IMG/VR virus record: IMGVR_UViG_3300001199_000006
Location: 12,561-76,560 of that record
Strand: one strand, 5' to 3'
Length of the DNA: 64,000 nt
Source of the DNA: a virus
Taxonomy: Duplodnaviria; Caudoviricetes
Part shown: in pieces, positions 26,240-35,404 of the stretch
Layout: each line of letters opens with the position of its first letter
How positions within the stretch are numbered: position 1 is the first letter of the stretch
Translations under genes and position numbers: made by a program
Notes under the pieces: generated by a model
Database searches by the model: none
Told to the model about the DNA's origin: nothing
The model's input: the letters and a program-made list of their open reading frames with translations, nothing else

Positions 26240-27562
26240 TCACATCCGTAGGCGTTGCGAGAACTGGTGCTGACGCGAGCGCTCGCCCAGAACGGCGTAC
26301 GGCGCGAACTGGTCCACGCCGAGGACGTGGAACAAGGCGATGAAGTCCGAAGCTCCGGCGTCGTCGATGTTGATCGTGAATCCCGAAGGATCGTCGAACG
26401 ACGTGAAGGATGCGCGCCAGATGTCGGTTCCGTCGTCTTCGACGATGTGAATCAGCGTGGAGTTGGCGACGGAGCGTGTGTCCGAGGTGGCGACACCGTC
26501 CTCGCTCTGGATGCCTGCGCACACGTCGTCCGACGATGATGAAGCAAACCCAACGCTGACGTGGTTTGCAGGACCAGCAGAGGTCGGAGAGTTCACCGCC
26601 GTCTGACTCCACCCTACCGCCGTGATGGCCTTGCCCTTGATGGGACACGCCGTTACCTGATGCGAGCCTGTCGTGTCGGAGTTCACCGTCGCGACGCCGA
26701 CCCACTGCGGATTGCTGCTCAGGCGTAGCAGCAAGATGGATCCGGCCAACTGGTCCGTACCGCCCTGCGTGGTCAAATCGACACCATCCGTGCGCCACGC
26801 CGTCACTGCCAAGCGCGCGCCCGAAGTCAACGCGCCGTTGGCGGCCGAGGTCACGAGCTGCGTCAGCGCGTCGTTGCGCATCACGCACGCAGCAGACGTG
26901 TTCAACGTGGGGTTGTTGCGGTCAAAGACGGTGAAGCCACCTTGCAAGATCGAGCCGTCCGGCGCTTTGCACGCCAGGCCGAAGTTCAGGCGCGCGTTCA
27001 CGCCGGAGAAGTCGGCTTGCTGAGCCGTGGTGTTCGCGCCCAACCACAGCCCGAAGTTCGGAGGGAACGGACACGTCGTCACGCTGACCGTGCCGCCGTC
27101 CGAGGCCGACCCCGTCACGTCGGCGATGAACGCCTCGACGTCGTCGCCGTAGTAGTACGTCACGGTCAGGACGTACGTGGCGTCGGGCAAGTCGTCCCAG
27201 AGGATCTCCATCCCTCCGTTCACCCACTGGTCCCACCGCGCTTCCGCGTTCAACGTCTGGGACGCAGCATCGCAGAACTGGATCAGCGTCGCGTTGTCCA
27301 CGCGGACCCCGCTGTTCGGCGACGCGTCGTTGTCCGCGATCGTGATGGCCCAGGCGCGCATGCGCGTCCCGTCGCAGAACCCCATCCCGATCCGCGCGCC
27401 GTCAGCGGGCGTACCACTCACCGACGTGGCCGCACAGATTTCCACGAACACGGCCTTCGGCTGCTCCGTACCGAGCGCGCCGATCGTGATCGACTGACGC
27501 ACCGGCAGCGTCCCGGAGGTCGGGGCGGTGACTTGCGTGGAACGGTAGTCGGCCTTGACCAT
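26240..27562 (-). CDS. Putative virion structural protein
   Basis: 440 aa, beta-rich, two similar halves. Confidence 0.7.
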   Translation of the reverse strand: MVKADYRSTQVTAPTSGTLPVRQSITIGALGTEQPKAVFVEICAATSVSGTPADGARIGMGFCDGTRMRAWAITIADNDASPNSGVRVDNATLIQFCDAASQTLNAEARWDQWVNGGMEILWDDLPDATYVLTVTYYYGDDVEAFIADVTGSASDGGTVSVTTCPFPPNFGLWLGANTTAQQADFSGVNARLNFGLACKAPDGSILQGGFTVFDRNNPTLNTSAACVMRNDALTQLVTSAANGALTSGARLAVTAWRTDGVDLTTQGGTDQLAGSILLLRLSSNPQWVGVATVNSDTTGSHQVTACPIKGKAITAVGWSQTAVNSPTSAGPANHVSVGFASSSSDDVCAGIQSEDGVATSDTRSVANSTLIHIVEDDGTDIWRASFTSFDDPSGFTINIDDAGASDFIALFHVLGVDQFAPYAVLGERSRQHQFSQRLRM

Positions 27563-27623
27563 GAAGCTGCCCTCGTCCCCTGCCCGGCGACGCCGCCTCG
27601 CCTACCGGGCACTGGTCCGGGGA

Positions 27624-28016
27624 TCAGGCCGACGCCGAGTAGGTGAAGGAGTTGATGCGGACGGCGTCGCCCGAGTTGATCGTGGTCGAGGACAGGTTCA
27701 TGTCCGCGCCCGAGGTGCTGACCGTGCCACGGAACACCTCGTTGTTGTCACGGTCGCGGCAACGGAACGACGCTGCCGTACCGCCACCGGCCGCGTTCGA
27801 GTCCTCGCGCGGCGCGCTGTTCATCGTGGCCGTGCCACCCGACGCCGTGCCGAAGGCAGGAGGCGTCGCGAACAGGATCGTCGCGAGGATCGTGGTGAAG
27901 GCGGTGGACGTGGCGATCTGGAGGTCGCCAGAGGCGTCGGTCGTACCGGCGTCGATCGCATCGACGACGAGGTCGGCAAGGGAGTTCCGGATCGCGGTGA
28001 CGTGCGTGAGGGCCAT
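27624..28016 (-). CDS. Small tail-fibre-associated structural protein
   Basis: RNSLADLVVDAIDAG...AFGTASGG...GTAASFR...GADMNLSSTTINSGDAVRINSFT. Confidence 0.75.
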   Translation of the reverse strand: MALTHVTAIRNSLADLVVDAIDAGTTDASGDLQIATSTAFTTILATILFATPPAFGTASGGTATMNSAPREDSNAAGGGTAASFRCRDRDNNEVFRGTVSTSGADMNLSSTTINSGDAVRINSFTYSASA

Positions 28017-28053
28017 TAGGTAGCTCCTAGTGAGGACGAATAACCAGGGCCGT

Positions 28054-28084
28054 ATGGTGACAGGCCGGGGCGGGGTTGTCTACA
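28054..28084 (-). promoter_or_regulatory. Late-type promoter motif
   Basis: TGTAGAC-N18-CACCAT upstream of the gene at 28016. Confidence 0.5.
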
Positions 28085-28113
28085 CCCTCGAAAGTGGCGC
28101 GCGCGAGCCGGTT

Positions 28114-28126
28114 TGACACCGTGTCA
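28114..28126. repeat. Dispersed palindrome copy 4
   Basis: TTTGACACCGTGTCA, intergenic. Confidence 0.9.
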
Positions 28127-28134
28127 CGCAGGCT

Positions 28135-30207
28135 TCACCAGGTCACGCCGAGGACCGGCCACCACTGGTCGAAGTCGCGAGACGCGCGACTCCGCAGGGC
28201 GCTGAGCGCGGCTTGCGTGGTCGAAACACCGGCGTACCGCGCCAGCAGATCGGAGGTGTCCGTGCCGCGCTGGCGTGTGATTCCAAGGTAGTAGCCGACG
28301 TGCCAGGCTTCGTTGTATGGTCCGAACCCTTGAGCGTCCGGGCTCGAAGCCATCGCTTGCCGAAGCGCTTCCGGCCACTCCTCGCGCGTCACGTACCGCA
28401 TCGGCGAGCCGACAGCGCTGCGCGCGGAATGCGACCACGGACCCGAGTAGGCCCAGCCAAGCCGACGCATGCCGTCAACGTGGCGCGCGATCATCCCGGC
28501 AATGCGGTCGTCACCCAGAGCGCGCGCAATGTCGTGCAACGCCGCCACGATGTAAATCTCCTCGTTCCCGGCCCCGATCTGGTAATCCGGGACGCCGTCC
28601 CCGCCGTCGAACGGCCAGCTCTTCGCTTCTTTGGCGTTGGGGTTCACCTGGAACAGGCCCGAGGCCATCTGTGCAGCGGCGAGGTGATCGACCTGGGCAC
28701 GCAGCCACGGCTCGTAGTGCTGACGCAGCCCTGGGCTCCAGATGTACGCGCGCGACACGAGCATGCACGCCCACGCGTCCGCGCGCCCGAACGCCGTGCC
28801 TCCGCCTGGAAGCACGACATTCGCGCGATTGGCTTGGCCTGGCCCCTGCCAGAACGTCATCACGGCCTTCGCTGCCTCCATGCGCAAGTAGTGCAGCGCG
28901 AGCGGGTCACCGGTCATCTCGACCAACAACGCGTTGTGATTCCACTCGCGCACGGCATGCTGGCAGTCGATCGGGTCGTACCGCTCCGGGTTGTACGCAC
29001 CGCTCAAGCGCGCAGGCCAGGGCCCGAACGGACCATCCAGGACCGTAGACCCTTGCGTCGCCCACACCGAGTTGAACATGCGCCACTCCGCCGCGCCGTT
29101 GTTCAAGTGCTGCCACCAACGCACGGGCGCACCGTCCGCTTCGTACAGGCAGCCTCGATGGCGCGAACGGTATCGAAGCTGCTCGATAACGTAGCGCTCG
29201 AACCCGACGGCACTCGCGCCGACCAGCCAGCGAACGCCCGGATACGGTGTCATGTCGATGCCGCCGGTCACACCTCCGTACTCGGAGTTGATTGCAGGCC
29301 AGAGCGGCGAAACCGGTGAACCTCCGGTGATCTCGGAACTCGGCACGTTGCGGCGTAGTTCGTCGCGCCACGCCTGCACGTCACTGATTGACACACTCAC
29401 ACCGCTCGGGACTTGGAACTCGTACAGCGAGTCCGTCACGCCGAAGTAGGGCGGCGTGTACGCCCGGCCAGGCGGCACGACCGAGAAACGGAACGAGCGC
29501 TCATGGCGTTGCGGGATGATGTGCTGCCCCGTTGCCATCGGCTTGACGAGGTAGCCGTCTCCGGTGGCAGGGTCGGGCAAGAACGGAATCCACTGAGCGT
29601 TACCCGCCACGACGATGCGCGCGTTGTTGAACAGCACGTCGCCCTGACGGTCAGCCCCCGCGTGCCAGTTCAGGATGAAGTCGAGCTGGAAAGCTCCGGC
29701 GCGGGCGCTGCGCCAGACCTGCGCGTCACCGTAGGGCCCGAGATCCAAATTGCGGAAGCCTTGCGCGTACAAGCGTCCCGCGCGAGCCTCCGTAACCGGA
29801 CCGGTCAACGAAAAGCGCTGTCCGTCGATCTCCAGATAGACGCCGTCCTCGCGCATCGACCAGTCGATCACGGCTTTCGGGATGGCGGCGGTGAACGCCG
29901 GACCGGCTGCTTTCCGCACGTCCAAGAGCCCCGGGGCACCGGGCTGCACCCACGACGCCACTTGGTAGTAGGTACGGGCGACCGAGCGCCCAAGGAGGAA
30001 CGACTCGGTCGGCAAGTCACCGAGGGTCACGGGGCCCTGGTAGTCGCCCGGCACGCTCACCACTGCTTGCAGCACGTACGACGTGGTCGGGCGCGGGTTG
30101 GGCAGGCGCACACCCGGAGTTGCGGCGGTCTGCTGCGCGGCGGGACGGGAGACCGCACCGAAGACGACCAAAGCCAGTGACAGAAGGAAGCGAGAAAACA
30201 GCGACAT
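28135..30207 (-). CDS. Large secreted protein, possible (alpha/alpha)-toroid glycan-active enzyme
   Basis: Signal peptide MSLFSRFLLSLALVVFGAVS..AAQ; beta-rich N-terminus, helical aromatic-rich C-terminus (DCQH..., GRADAWA...AY). Confidence 0.65.
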   Translation of the reverse strand: MSLFSRFLLSLALVVFGAVSRPAAQQTAATPGVRLPNPRPTTSYVLQAVVSVPGDYQGPVTLGDLPTESFLLGRSVARTYYQVASWVQPGAPGLLDVRKAAGPAFTAAIPKAVIDWSMREDGVYLEIDGQRFSLTGPVTEARAGRLYAQGFRNLDLGPYGDAQVWRSARAGAFQLDFILNWHAGADRQGDVLFNNARIVVAGNAQWIPFLPDPATGDGYLVKPMATGQHIIPQRHERSFRFSVVPPGRAYTPPYFGVTDSLYEFQVPSGVSVSISDVQAWRDELRRNVPSSEITGGSPVSPLWPAINSEYGGVTGGIDMTPYPGVRWLVGASAVGFERYVIEQLRYRSRHRGCLYEADGAPVRWWQHLNNGAAEWRMFNSVWATQGSTVLDGPFGPWPARLSGAYNPERYDPIDCQHAVREWNHNALLVEMTGDPLALHYLRMEAAKAVMTFWQGPGQANRANVVLPGGGTAFGRADAWACMLVSRAYIWSPGLRQHYEPWLRAQVDHLAAAQMASGLFQVNPNAKEAKSWPFDGGDGVPDYQIGAGNEEIYIVAALHDIARALGDDRIAGMIARHVDGMRRLGWAYSGPWSHSARSAVGSPMRYVTREEWPEALRQAMASSPDAQGFGPYNEAWHVGYYLGITRQRGTDTSDLLARYAGVSTTQAALSALRSRASRDFDQWWPVLGVTW

Positions 30208-30239
30208 GGGGCCTCCGGTGAAAGGGGGACGATCTGGAA

Positions 30240-30270
30240 AGACTGCCGCGCGCATCCCTCCGCGTCTACA
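30240..30270 (-). promoter_or_regulatory. Late-type promoter motif
   Basis: TGTAGAC-N18-CAGTCT upstream of the gene at 30207. Confidence 0.55.
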
Positions 30271-30275
30271 ACCTC

Positions 30276-31490
30276 TCAGTGGCGGATGATGAAGTTCAGG
30301 GTGATGGACGGCTGCACGTTGTTGTGCGCCTGATCGCTGCCCTGGCTTCCGGTCGTGTCCGCGTCTTCGGCGTTGACGTTGTTGTTGTCCGTGCCGTCCG
30401 CGCCGCCCACTAGCGCGCCGCCCGTTCCTGACGTGAACAGATGGTCATCGTAGCTGTGGGTGTGTCCGGGAATCTCCGGGACGGTCAGAACGTGGCGGTC
30501 GATGCCGAACGCGCCGCCGAGGGCCGCCGCATCAGGATGCGTCAGGCGTCCCGCCGTCGCGCCACCGCCCATCTTGTCCCGACCAACCGGCGTACGTCCG
30601 CGCAAGTCCGGGAGCTTGAACACCGACGCGGACGAAGGCGAGCCGTACGCGATTCCGACGATGTTGAACAGGTTTTGGTACACGAATCGACTGACTTCGC
30701 GACCGTCACAGAGCAGGAAGTTGGTCGGTACAGCGTTCTCAGCTCCGGCCCAAGGCAGCACGGTGCCGACCGGGACGTCTTGCCCGATGAACAGTGAGAC
30801 CTGGTCGTCGAGGTAGTTCTTGTTGACCAGATCCCCCGAAGTCGTCGGGTCACCTAGGTTCGACGGGACAAAGCCCGGATCCGTTACGACCGGGCCGTCA
30901 AAGCTCAAGTCGAAGTTCATCGCGAGCACACCGCTGCGAGGAAGGAAATCGGACTGGAGCGTGGCGATCGCGGTATCGACCGTGTCCTTGCGCATCATGT
31001 GCGCGGCCAGCGTGGCCGCGCCCACGTTCGTGACGCGGAAGTTGTCCATATCCAGCTCGTCACCGAGCGTGGCCGTCCCGTCGAGCTTCACCACACGCGT
31101 GTCGAGGATCTGTTCCAGATCATCCTCACCCTCAAACTGCACCGCCTGGTACTGCTCGAACGTGATGGCGTCGCGCGTGGCGGTAGCTGCGCCGATCTTC
31201 ACGATCTTGAACCCGCCCATGTCGAAGTCGTTGCGCATCCACACGCCCGGCTGCGCGGTCGATCCGACCGTACCGTCGCGATCCAGGAAGAAATCCCGGA
31301 TGCGGTTGGTCATGTCGATGATCTGGTTCAGCAGGAGCCGCATGGTCTCGGTGCGGTCCGAGAGCGCGGTCGGCTGCTGGTTCTCCGCCGTCGGACCGAC
31401 GCGCGTCAACGGGCCGACCTCGCTGCGCGCAGGCCAGCTCTCCCCGGACGCGGGGATCGGATCGAGCGGGATGGTCGGCCACTGCGCCAT
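30276..31490 (-). CDS. Tail fibre protein with tail-collar domain
   Basis: PVGTVLPWAG...FLLCDGREVSR..Y.NLF..VG..YG...F.LPDLRGR; KI.N...P...DA..K.Y.D repeats. Confidence 0.88.
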   Translation of the reverse strand: MAQWPTIPLDPIPASGESWPARSEVGPLTRVGPTAENQQPTALSDRTETMRLLLNQIIDMTNRIRDFFLDRDGTVGSTAQPGVWMRNDFDMGGFKIVKIGAATATRDAITFEQYQAVQFEGEDDLEQILDTRVVKLDGTATLGDELDMDNFRVTNVGAATLAAHMMRKDTVDTAIATLQSDFLPRSGVLAMNFDLSFDGPVVTDPGFVPSNLGDPTTSGDLVNKNYLDDQVSLFIGQDVPVGTVLPWAGAENAVPTNFLLCDGREVSRFVYQNLFNIVGIAYGSPSSASVFKLPDLRGRTPVGRDKMGGGATAGRLTHPDAAALGGAFGIDRHVLTVPEIPGHTHSYDDHLFTSGTGGALVGGADGTDNNNVNAEDADTTGSQGSDQAHNNVQPSITLNFIIRH

Positions 31491-32734
31491 CAGATTTTTA
31501 TCATCATGTTGAAGGTCATCGACGGCTGCACGTTGTTGTGCGGCAGCCCGCTGCCCGCGCTACCAGTTGTGCGCCCGGCTTCGTTCGTGAACTGGCTCGT
31601 GTTGTTCGTGTTCGCAGGGCCGAGATCCGCGCCGCCGGTCCCGTTCTGCACGTACTTGTCGTTGAACGTGTGGGTGTGCGCGGGTAGCTCCGTGACCGTG
31701 AGCAGGTGAGTCTCCGCGCCGTACGCGCCGCCCAGGGTGTCGGCGAGCGGGTCGGTGAGGCGGTTCGCACTCGTGCCGCCCATGTTGTCCTTGCCCACGA
31801 TCGCACGGCCGCGCAGGTCTGGCACGTTGAAGGTCGTGGTGCCGTTGCCCACGCCGTAGGTCGTGCCGATCGCCGCGAACAACGCGGAGAACGTCGTGCG
31901 CGAAACCGCCTGCCCGTTGCACAACAGCCACCCCGCCGGGAGGCTGATCTCGTCTCCAGCGAACGCCGCGACGGAGCCGGACGGCGTGACCGCGATCGCT
32001 GCCAGCACGGTGAGCAAGTACCCGCGCGAGATACCGTCGCCGTCTTGGGTCGGCGCGGCCAGGTTCAGATTCGTGATCTTGAACCCGCCCATGTTGAGGT
32101 TGGCGAGCATCGCCAAGCTGCCGTCCCGCTTCACGTAGTTGGCCGTGACGTTCGTGAAGGCGGCGTCGTGGTACTGCTTGGTCACACCGTCCGAGACGTT
32201 GATCGGATCGGCCATGAACTCGACGCGGTTGCCGCCCATGTTGAGCGGCGCGAGCATCTGGTTCGTCCCGTCCGTGAACAGGCAGCCGAGCAGGTCGGCT
32301 TCGAGTCCATTTAGGAACGTCTGGAGCGTGTCGAGCTGCTGCTTGTTGACCGCGTCGGCCGGGTTCGTCCCGTTGGCCAGGTTGACGATCTTGTGGAACA
32401 CGGGCGCGGCCGGGTTGTCACCCATGTCCAGGTTGCCGCGCATGTAGCTGGGGCTTGGGAGCCCGTCCACCTGTGCAGCCGCGCCGTCTCGGTGCAAGAA
32501 GTTGTCGTTCAGCGCGTTCAGCACCGTGATGAGCTTGTTCATCGCGGTGCGCAGCGTCTCGGTGCGGACGTCGAGCGCACGCGGTTGCCGGTTCGCGGCC
32601 TCGGGCCCGACGGAGTCAGCCGACGGCGGACCCTGGACCGTCTCCAGAGCCGGGTAGATGTTCTCGGTGTCCGTGAGATCCGTACTCTCCGGATCCGGGA
32701 TGCCGTCAATCGGGATTTCCGGTACCTCTGCCAT
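31490..32734 (-). CDS. Tail fibre protein with tail-collar domain (paralog)
   Basis: PSGSVAAFAG...GWLLCNGQAVSRTTFSALFAAIGTTYG.GNGTTTFNVPDLRGR. Confidence 0.9.
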   Translation of the reverse strand: MAEVPEIPIDGIPDPESTDLTDTENIYPALETVQGPPSADSVGPEAANRQPRALDVRTETLRTAMNKLITVLNALNDNFLHRDGAAAQVDGLPSPSYMRGNLDMGDNPAAPVFHKIVNLANGTNPADAVNKQQLDTLQTFLNGLEADLLGCLFTDGTNQMLAPLNMGGNRVEFMADPINVSDGVTKQYHDAAFTNVTANYVKRDGSLAMLANLNMGGFKITNLNLAAPTQDGDGISRGYLLTVLAAIAVTPSGSVAAFAGDEISLPAGWLLCNGQAVSRTTFSALFAAIGTTYGVGNGTTTFNVPDLRGRAIVGKDNMGGTSANRLTDPLADTLGGAYGAETHLLTVTELPAHTHTFNDKYVQNGTGGADLGPANTNNTSQFTNEAGRTTGSAGSGLPHNNVQPSMTFNMMIKI

Positions 32735-32737
32735 GTC

Positions 32738-33301
32738 CTAGCCTCGGGTGATTGTGAACGTGTGTTCGAGCTGGATCGCGTGCGTCGAGAGCTTCACCTC
32801 GGGAGGGAATGTGACGTGCGCGATCATCACCCCGTTCGCCAGGAACAAGCCCTCCTCGGTCAGCGCCAACCCGTTGAGCGCGGACGCGGCCTGCGGCACG
32901 ACGCCCGCGAACGTGACGGACGTCAGGCCGGGGTAGTAGACGGCGATGAAGCTCACGGTGTAGCTGGGCGGGTTCTCGCTGATGTTGGTGTTACCCGTGA
33001 CCGGAGCTGTCGGATTCAACGTCGTGCCCAGCTTCATCGTCGTGACGCGGAGGTCCGACACATTCGACACGCCACCCGCCCCGACGGAGGGGAAGTTGAG
33101 CCCGTGCCCGAGCATGCGCGACACCGCCGACAACCCGTTGTCCACGATCAAGTTCGAGTAGCGATGCTCGCTCGCGCGCCCCGACGCCACGAGCGCGCGC
33201 GTGAGGTCGGGCATGAGCGGCCGGTCGTCGGGCAGGTACTCGACCGGGATCGAGAGGATCCGCAGTTCGCCACGCAACATCAGGGCTTCATGTGCTTGCA
33301 T
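32738..33301 (-). CDS. Baseplate/tail-fibre attachment protein
   Basis: NLIVDNG...LTEEGLF...MIAHVTF....K.S; position. Confidence 0.7.
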   Translation of the reverse strand: MQAHEALMLRGELRILSIPVEYLPDDRPLMPDLTRALVASGRASEHRYSNLIVDNGLSAVSRMLGHGLNFPSVGAGGVSNVSDLRVTTMKLGTTLNPTAPVTGNTNISENPPSYTVSFIAVYYPGLTSVTFAGVVPQAASALNGLALTEEGLFLANGVMIAHVTFPPEVKLSTHAIQLEHTFTITRG

Positions 33302-33318
33302 TTTGACACCGTGTCAAA
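33302..33318. repeat. Dispersed palindrome copy 5 (TTTGACACCGTGTCAAA, 17-bp perfect)
   Basis: Spans the stop of 33314-34906 and abuts the start at 33301. Confidence 0.9.
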
Positions 33319-34906
33319 TCACCTGGCCGGAGATCGAGACCGTGGCCGTCGCGGCTTGCGCCACGATCGTAGCGCGTAGAGGCAGGACGCGCCCGGAGAT
33401 CGCAGTGGTCGCGGGACCCGCCACGGCCACGACGAGGCCCACTCGCTTGTTCCGGTACACGGTCGGCACACCTCCGTCGTCCACCTCGAACACCTCGGAC
33501 CCGGCCGGGATGTCCGTGGTGAAGGTGCGGATTTGAACGTGAGCGGGTAGCACGTTCTCCTTGAGGAAGCGAGCGACGCGCTGCTTCACGCCGTCGTCGA
33601 TCACGACCAGCGGCGTGCCGTCGAGGTTGTTCAGGTGGATCGCCACCTGCGACGCGGGATAGAACTCGTCGTCCGCACCGCTCGGCAGCGTCTCGTCGAA
33701 GTTGAACGGCCGCTCTTGGAACTCGTCCGCCGCGCCGCCGGGCTTGACCCAAACGCTCGTCGCGTAGCCCTGGAACCCCAGGCTCTTGAGCGCCGTCACG
33801 ACGCTGTCGTCCGTACCCTTGATCTTCATCAAGGGGATCCAGTTGCGCATCAGCTCGCGCTGCTCAGCTTCGGGCTGATCCGCGTCCACCGGAGCGCCGA
33901 AGTTGCGCGCCAGGATCGCGACGTACGCGGGCGGACACTGCGTCGGGTCGATGAACGTCAGCAGCTTCGAGGTATCGCGCGCGAGTTGCGCGTACTTGAG
34001 CCCGAGGATCTTGGCGTAGAAGTCGTAGATCCCGGCGGGGTCCAGGATCTCGAACGCCCGTACGCCGTCCAAGGCGCGTTGCGGCAACGTACGATGCACG
34101 ACCCACGCGGTTCCATCCCACTTGAGGACGCGCGTCCCCGGAATGACGCCGATCACTTCGTTCTCTAACGGGCGGCGGAACAGCAGCACCTCCTCTTCGA
34201 TCCCGTCCCCCTGCACGTCCGTGACGACGCGCATACCGATCGAGTTCGGCAGCGCGCCCTGATCCGTCATGGCTTCGCCAGGCGTCGGGACAAACGCCGC
34301 CGACACAAGGAATGCCTGGTACAGCGCGACAACGTACGCCCCGTTCACCCGGAGGTTGTCGAGGTGCGTGACGTCTTCAAGGTAGATGAGCACAGGGAAG
34401 CACGGGCGACGACCCAGCACTCCGACCAGAACCTCGGGGTCCAACTCCGGGAAGATGATCGAACGCAGGTCGCCCGTGACGACCGAGACCGCGTTGATCT
34501 CCGAAGTCAGGAACAGCGTCAGTGCGGTCAACCCGATGACCTGAGCATCGGCCTCGACCGTGCCGCGCACCAGCGCGCTCACCCGCAACGTGCCAGTCAA
34601 CGTCGAGGTACCGACAACGCGGTGGCTGGCCGGGGTAGGGTCGTCCAGACCCAGGTACGCATCCTGCTTGAGCAAGCCCGACAAGACCCCCCGCGCCCGC
34701 ACACGCGGGTTGTGCGGGGGGCCGCTGCCGAAGCTGCCACCACCCGTCGGAGTCTCCGCAAACCACTCCAGGTAGCTCGTGGCCTGGATCAGTTGCGAAC
34801 CGGGAACGTGTCCCGCGCCGATGTACCAGATCGGCGTGGACTCAGCCGTTACGACAGCCGTCGCGGTCGATGCTGTGACCGCGAGCGTCCCGGTGATGAG
34901 GACCAT
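33314..34906 (-). CDS. Baseplate wedge protein (P2 gpI-like domain)
   Basis: IDPTQCPPAYVAILARNFG...QRELMRNWIPLMKIKGTDDSV..AL..LG. Confidence 0.75.
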   Translation of the reverse strand: MVLITGTLAVTASTATAVVTAESTPIWYIGAGHVPGSQLIQATSYLEWFAETPTGGGSFGSGPPHNPRVRARGVLSGLLKQDAYLGLDDPTPASHRVVGTSTLTGTLRVSALVRGTVEADAQVIGLTALTLFLTSEINAVSVVTGDLRSIIFPELDPEVLVGVLGRRPCFPVLIYLEDVTHLDNLRVNGAYVVALYQAFLVSAAFVPTPGEAMTDQGALPNSIGMRVVTDVQGDGIEEEVLLFRRPLENEVIGVIPGTRVLKWDGTAWVVHRTLPQRALDGVRAFEILDPAGIYDFYAKILGLKYAQLARDTSKLLTFIDPTQCPPAYVAILARNFGAPVDADQPEAEQRELMRNWIPLMKIKGTDDSVVTALKSLGFQGYATSVWVKPGGAADEFQERPFNFDETLPSGADDEFYPASQVAIHLNNLDGTPLVVIDDGVKQRVARFLKENVLPAHVQIRTFTTDIPAGSEVFEVDDGGVPTVYRNKRVGLVVAVAGPATTAISGRVLPLRATIVAQAATATVSISGQVI

Positions 34907-34929
34907 CTAGTCGCTACTTCGACGCAGGA

Positions 34930-35376
34930 CTAGACGATGCGGATCGTGAGCGTGTCGGCCGTGATGGAATCACCCGTCGCCAACGTGACGGAACTGCTCC
35001 GCTCCCACCACGCGACTTCGTTGTCGGCAGGGTCCGTGATGAAGGCACCGGCCACGTTGTTGATCGCGCCGCCCGTCGCGGTGAACGTCTGGTTCGCCAG
35101 CACCATCTCGGTGTCACCACCGCCACCGAGCGCGGGCGTCCAGTTCGCCTTCGCGATCGTCTTGTCGGCGTAGCCGCCCCCACCCGGCGTGTTGAACGTG
35201 GCAGTGCCGAGGTTCTTGCCCGGCGTGGACGTGGAGTCGTAGAGCTTGATCTTGGTGACGATGTGCGCGATGCCACCTTGGTTGACGGCGGCGGGCGAGC
35301 TGCTGAGGCCCGCGAGAACCGCGCGACGGTCGTCGATCAGGCCGAGTTGTTGTCCGTAGTTGGTCAGACTGGGCAT
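34930..35376 (-). CDS. Small tail structural protein
   Basis: GGGYADKTI..ANW...NQTFTATGG.I...G.FIT...SVTLA.GDSIT; similar type to 27624-28016. Confidence 0.7.
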   Translation of the reverse strand: MPSLTNYGQQLGLIDDRRAVLAGLSSSPAAVNQGGIAHIVTKIKLYDSTSTPGKNLGTATFNTPGGGGYADKTIAKANWTPALGGGGDTEMVLANQTFTATGGAINNVAGAFITDPADNEVAWWERSSSVTLATGDSITADTLTIRIV

Positions 35377-35404
35377 TGAAGTTCCTTCGGTACAGGTGGT
35401 GACG

